Assembly: GCA_951406725.2 (NCBI GenBank)
Contig: OX597834.1
Location: 40,072,001-40,196,000 of the forward strand
Reading direction: 5' to 3'
From: Octopus vulgaris
Taxonomy: Eukaryota
Length of the DNA stretch: 124,000 nucleotides
The notes under the pieces were generated by a model. That model was not told the DNA's origin and ran no database searches. It saw nothing but the letters and a program-made list of their open reading frames with translations. The position numbers were made by a program, and so were the translations under genes. Position 1 is the first letter of the stretch. The number at the start of each line of letters is the position of its first letter. Shown in pieces: positions 118,403 to 124,000 of the stretch.

Positions 118403-120557
118403 GTGTGTCTGTGTGTTATATGTGTGTGTGTGTGTGTTTGTGATACATTTATCTCAGAACCTCCCCAAAACTAGAGAATGTTATCTCAGCTTAATAAGAT
118501 TAAACATGAAGAAAAACGACCAATATCAATGTAAGTAATCTCCACAAATGGTAAATCTACAAAAAATTTTCACTTTACAAGAATGAAGGACAACTAAAAT
118601 ATAAAAATTCACAAACAAGCATAATCAGCCAAACATATATCACTATGGTTTCAACACCTGGACTCTGTGTGTGTGTGTGTGTTAAAGTAATGAGAAAAGG
118701 CAAACAGTTAGTCAAGGCAGGCTCAAAGGGAAGTCACCACTAGCCATTTTTTGAGCAAGACAATCACACAGCTACAACTTCAAATGCTGTTCTAAGTGGA
118801 ATTTTGGTGGCACACCTATTTGAGTATATTCATTAGCTTAACTCATCTTGATGAAAATTCCTCATATCCTCTTGTTTTTTTTTTTCTGTGTCCCTTTCTG
118901 TAGAAGAGCATAGGCTCGAAATGTAAAAGACTTTTTCAATTCTTGAGCGTTATACACCACCTGTCTTCGTCTTTTGTTTTTTATCACACACACATACAGA
119001 CAGGTGTATTTAAAGATCCAAGGGAAAATATTATACCTGTCCTTACCATACAGCCATGTCTGTACCTCTCTCATAAATATATACACACGAGAGGGTGCTG
119101 AAATGTTCCTGGCTTTAAGGGTATTGTGAAAGGCCTGGTCGAAGGCCCAGCCTTCTGATTTCTTTTACAGGGCTTAGAAAAACTGAAGGACCATGTGTGA
119201 AAATGAGTAACAGTTTTGCAAAAATTTTGCAGCTTTAATACAAGAATATATCATCATCATCATCATTTAATATCTGTTGTCCATGCTGGCATGGGTTGGA
119301 TGGTTCGGCAGAGGTGGTATGCTGGAAGGCTGCACCAGACTCCAGTCTGATTTGCCATGGTTTTCTACAGCTGGAAGCCCTTCCTAATCCCAACCACTCT
119401 GATGGTTAGGTGCTTTTATGTGCCACCAGCATGGGTGCCATTTGCATGACACGGGCATGGCTACCAATCTGTGTGACACTGGTATCTGCCATGACTGCGA
119501 TTTTGCTTAGCTTGATGGGTCACCTTCTCAAGCACAGCATAATGCCAATGGTCTTGATATATTATATATCACCGTGACCGACCAGGCTATCAGATGTTGT
119601 TACACATCGCTGGTCACAATGTGCTTTGCATTGTTTTAGCCTTCAAATGACGCCACCCTGCTGGCTAAGCAAGCAGGCCAACAGTAGAAAGAGTGAGAGA
119701 AAGTTGTGGCGAAAGAGTACAGCAGGGATCAACACCATCCCCTACCGGAGCCTCGTGGAGCTTTAGGTGTTTTTGCTCAATAAACACTCACAACGCCCGG
119801 TCTGGGAATCGAAACTGAGATCCTACGACCACGAGTTCGCTGCCCTATCCACTGGGACATTGCACTTCCACATATTATATTATAAGGAAACGTAAAGGGG
119901 ACAGGTGGAGGAGGAGATTGGGGGTGGGTGGCTTGAGGATGGAGGATGCCCAAAACCAGGTAAGAAGGCAAGATGGTGTGAGAGCGATTGCTGTAAGAGT
120001 GAGGTCGATCTGACTGCCCCCACCCTGTTAATGGGGACAAATCTGGATTTAAAATATTGGAATTCACCATCATCAATCCACTGTTAATTACGAATGTGTG
120101 TGCGTGCATGGGTGTGCATGTGTATGTCTGTGTGTCTTCTTGCTTAGACATCACGTCATAGTTGTAAACAAGTGTCCCTGTCGTACAAGTGGCTTTGTTC
120201 GTTTTCCCTCTTCCATGTGAAAACAAGTCCAGCCAAGGAGAAAATTTACCTTGATTAGAAGCAGGTGAGGGTTGGTGATTGGGAAAGCATCCAGGCATAG
120301 GAAATCTGTCTTGGTGAATTTCATCTAATTCATACACGCATGGAAAAATAGGCATTAAAAGAATGAGGATGAGAATGGCTATGATGATGATGATGATGAT
120401 GATGATGCTAAATAATTATACAAACACCTCTCTCTCTCCCCCTCTCTCTTTCCCCCATCCCCACACACACGCAGAAGTTAATCAATAGAACGATTTCTCA
120501 ATTAATCTGTCAATGAAAAGATATCGGTAGAGATGAGGGAGAAAGAGAGAGACAGAC

Positions 120558-120595
<38 letters not shown>

Positions 120596-123530
120596 AACGA
120601 TAGAGAGATAAAGAGATGAGTTACAGTTAAAGAGAAATATAGATATGAGAGAGAGAGAGGGAGAGAAGGGAGAGAAAGGGGAGAGAGAGGCTGACAGACA
120701 GACAGGCAGTGAGACAGGGAATAATCCAATTTACTGATGCAGAAAAGAAATGTAAAATTGTGTCAAGATAATCCATTTGAAATCCTTCAGTTTGAAAGAT
120801 CTGCCATTGTCTTCAAAGTAAGATAACAGTTCCAGATTGGTGTGATGTCACAGAATGGCAGGATGGTGATTGTGATGGTGATGGAATTGATGATGGTGGT
120901 AGTGGTGGTGGTGGTGGTGGTGGTGATGGTGTTTTGGTTAATGGCGTTGGCAACAGTGATGGTGGTGGCGGTGGTGGTGTTGTCGGTGGTTGCAGTGAAG
121001 ATTGTTGTGATGGTAGTTGCCATGGTGGTGGTGGTGGTTGTGTAAGAGTAATGGTAGACTTCTACATATAATGTCATTGTGATATTTCAATCATGTCACA
121101 AGTTCAAATCCCTTTGACGTCAGCTTAACCCTTTTAACCTTTCTGGGGGGAGTCTATAAAAATAAATTCTGGGATTGAGTTAAATCAATTGCTTGTGCCT
121201 CCCAACACTCCCTGGATGTTATGCACTTGTGCCAACAGGTGGCAGCACGAGTAGTAATAACACAAGGGTCCCATACAGCCAGAACTACCTGTTATTCTTA
121301 GGAAACTCAATCTGTGATTGGTGATTGATTTAAATCATTAAATTGATTGATTGTGCCTCTCCACACTCATCAAGTATTCTGCTCTTGTGCCAACAGGTAG
121401 CAGCACAAGTAGACAGAACACAAGAGCAATACATCTTGTATTTAGATATGGTCCTGTCTGCTCTGAGTTCAAATACAGCCAGCATTGTATCTGCCCATCA
121501 TCGTTGGGGTAAAATAAAACAGCCCTTTTTATTATGAGCACAAGGCATGAAACTTCGATGGGGAAGGGGATAATCAATTACGTCGACCCCAGTGCACAAC
121601 TGGTACCTATTTTATCGGCCCCTCAAAAGGATGAAAGGCAAAGTTGACCTAGGCAGTATTTGAACTCAGGACCCAAAGATAGACAAAATTCTACCAAGCA
121701 TATTTTTTCCAGGTATGCTAACGATTCAGCCAGACAACCTGGCACAATCTGAAGATTGGTTCCCTCAACTGTATTTATTTAGCGCTTTCACCCCTTTCAG
121801 GAATTCATCCGATGATTGAAACAAACAATAAAAAGATAAAACAAACAGTTAACCTAAATATTATTGATCTGATAAGCGAGGCCCCTACTTCAGTGTAGAG
121901 ACATGGCCCCTATTTCAGAGTAAACCATACAATTAACCAAAAATATAAAACTAACTTAGCAGTTCAGCAAAAGGAATAAAGACCAGAAATTTTATTTACA
122001 AAAAAAAAACATACTGGGATCAATTCGTTTGACAAAAACCCATCGAGGTGGTGCCCCAGCATGGCGACAGTCAAATGACTGAAACAACCCACGTCTCTAC
122101 AATCATTATATCCTATTTACCTTGACCTTTGTCCCCCATCCCCCCCTGCCGTTTCTCTCTGTTCTTTTAACCCTATTTTCTCTTTCATTCTTTCTAGAAC
122201 CCTTTTTTGTGTTTTTCCCCTCTGTTTCTCCAACGCCAACCATTCCCCTTATTTCCCTCTGCTTCTCATCCTCATCCTTTATCTTCCTGTTTTCATCTTC
122301 TCATTCAACCAGAATCCTCCATTGGCTCATCCAACGACAACAATGGGAAAGAGACAGACAGGCTGACGCACAGACAGACAGAAAGGCAACCCATTTCCCC
122401 CGAGAGATTCAAAGAGAAATCCGATTCCAATGGTAAATGCGGAAGTTACAACAAAGCAAAGTGTGAAGAACTGCTCCAGTGTGTGTATATATATATATAT
122501 ATATACAAATGTATAAAGATATATGCGATCACATATACATATCCCTCGGTGCAGGATTCCATGGCTACATGTGTGCACAAACACACATGTGCATGTAGAC
122601 ACACACATGCACACACGCATTCACACATGCAAATACTGAGATGTGTTCACAGATAAATGCACTCAGGTAGGATACATAAATACATACATGTATACACACG
122701 TGCATGTACGTGTGTGCATGTATGTATGTGTGTGTATGTCTGTGTGTGTATGTATGTGTGTGTATGTATGTGTGTGTATGTATGTGTGTGTATGTATGTA
122801 TGTGTGTATGTATGTGTGTATGTATGTATGTGTGTGTGTATGTATGTATGTATGATGTATGTATGAGTGTGTGCATGTATGTATGTGTGTGTATGTATGT
122901 GTGTGTGTGTATGTATGTGTGTGTGTGTATACACACATGCATATGTAGAAATGCAGACAGGTAACCAATAAAGAAGCCACTAAGTGGTCACTTGATCTGC
123001 TAGAAACAACAGCAAAATCTCAATGTAATTACATGCTACCGTCTCAAAGAATGAAGTAATGTAATCCTAGATATACCCAGTGTGACAAAAAAAAAATGAA
123101 AGAATAAATAAATAGATAGCATGATCAGAATTGAAATATCTGCTGGACCAAGACTGACCTAGGGTTAAACAACCCCAAAAAACTTCAAAATCCAGTTTGA
123201 AATATTGGGAATATGATTCACTAAAACTCTTGAATAACATGGTGCCCCAGCATGGCCAGAGTCAAATAACTGAAACCAGTATAAGAATACATACAAACAC
123301 ATACAAGCATACACATATATAATGTGTGTATCTGTATACATGTGCCATTGGCAAATCTTCTTCTCCATCTTTGGTCTTTACTCTTTCTCCTTTCCGACGA
123401 AGAGCTTTGCTCAAAATGTCAAACTCTCTCCTTACACCAAGCATTGAGCTAATATGTTTCTTGTACATGTCCTCAGGTTTTTTTTTTTTTTTTTATTATT
123501 TCAGTTGGTTATTTGAATTGATTATACATA

Positions 123531-123754
123531 CTCTCTTTTACTCTTTTACTTCTTTCAGTCATTTGACTGCGGCCATGCTGGAGCACCGCCTTTAGTCGAG
123601 CAAATCGACCCCGGGACTTATTCTTTTTGTAAGCCCAGTACTTATTCTATCGGTCTCTTTTGCCGAACCGCTAAGTGACGGGGACGTAAACACACCAGCA
123701 TCGGTTGTCAAGCAATGCTAGGGGGACAAACACAGACACACAAACATATACGCA

Positions 123755-123814
<60 letters not shown>

Positions 123815-123976
123815 GACAGGCTTCTTTCAGTTTCCGTCTACCAAATCGACTCACAAGGCTTTGATCAGCCCGGGGCTATAGCAGAAGACACTTGCCCAAG
123901 ATGCTACGCAGTGGGACTGAACCCAGAACCATGTGGTTGGTTAGCAAGCTACTTACCACACAGCCACTCCTGCGCC
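123531..123976 (-). mobile_element. SINE family 1, young subfamily copy
   Basis: Nearly identical to 68905-69346. Confidence 0.9.
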
Positions 123977-124000
123977 TATACATGCATATATCATCATCAT

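Noticed and set aside
123341-123468. Protein-like ORF MYKKHISSMLGVRREFDILSKALRRKGERVKTKDGEEDLPMAH as first exon of the minus-strand gene
   Set aside because: It is the reverse strand of the hammerhead-bearing repeat (homologous to 39600-39700), and its donor is weak.

Overview
AT-rich, microsatellite- and retroposon-saturated eukaryotic DNA. The SINE, RTE and mariner repertoire looks like an octopus (coleoid cephalopod) genome; this is inferred and no search was run. Almost every ORF in the supplied track is a microsatellite artefact. The only long real ORF is a young, 5'-truncated CR1-group LINE (1192-3906, minus) with a 9-bp TSD. Manual splice-site reading suggests most of the window lies inside introns of one minus-strand gene. 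Its phase-compatible small exons are 103515-103659, 67356-67375, 35701-35760, 10368-10439 and 378-393; they join into QAKDIG...RCTQG-GKSTLS-YQLKVSSDQELWSLATEVYK-VQLSAFSISDLSGYKTSKNDIIIK-VLEAK, whose end resembles the start of a C2 domain. Several candidate alternative first exons were also seen, and the gene was not identified. The most unusual observation is a set of about nine minimal hammerhead-ribozyme-like motifs in Penelope-like repeat remnants: one has an intact catalytic core (1039-1085), and a subfamily has a variant core (CUGUAGA) plus stem covariation. Also present: R4/Dong- and HERO-type RLE retrotransposon fragments, RTE fragments, mariner/Tc1 relics, Helitron and Helentron-type elements, fold-back MITEs, a probable solo LTR and many mini- and microsatellites. 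No CRISPR, rRNA or genuine tRNA genes were seen.
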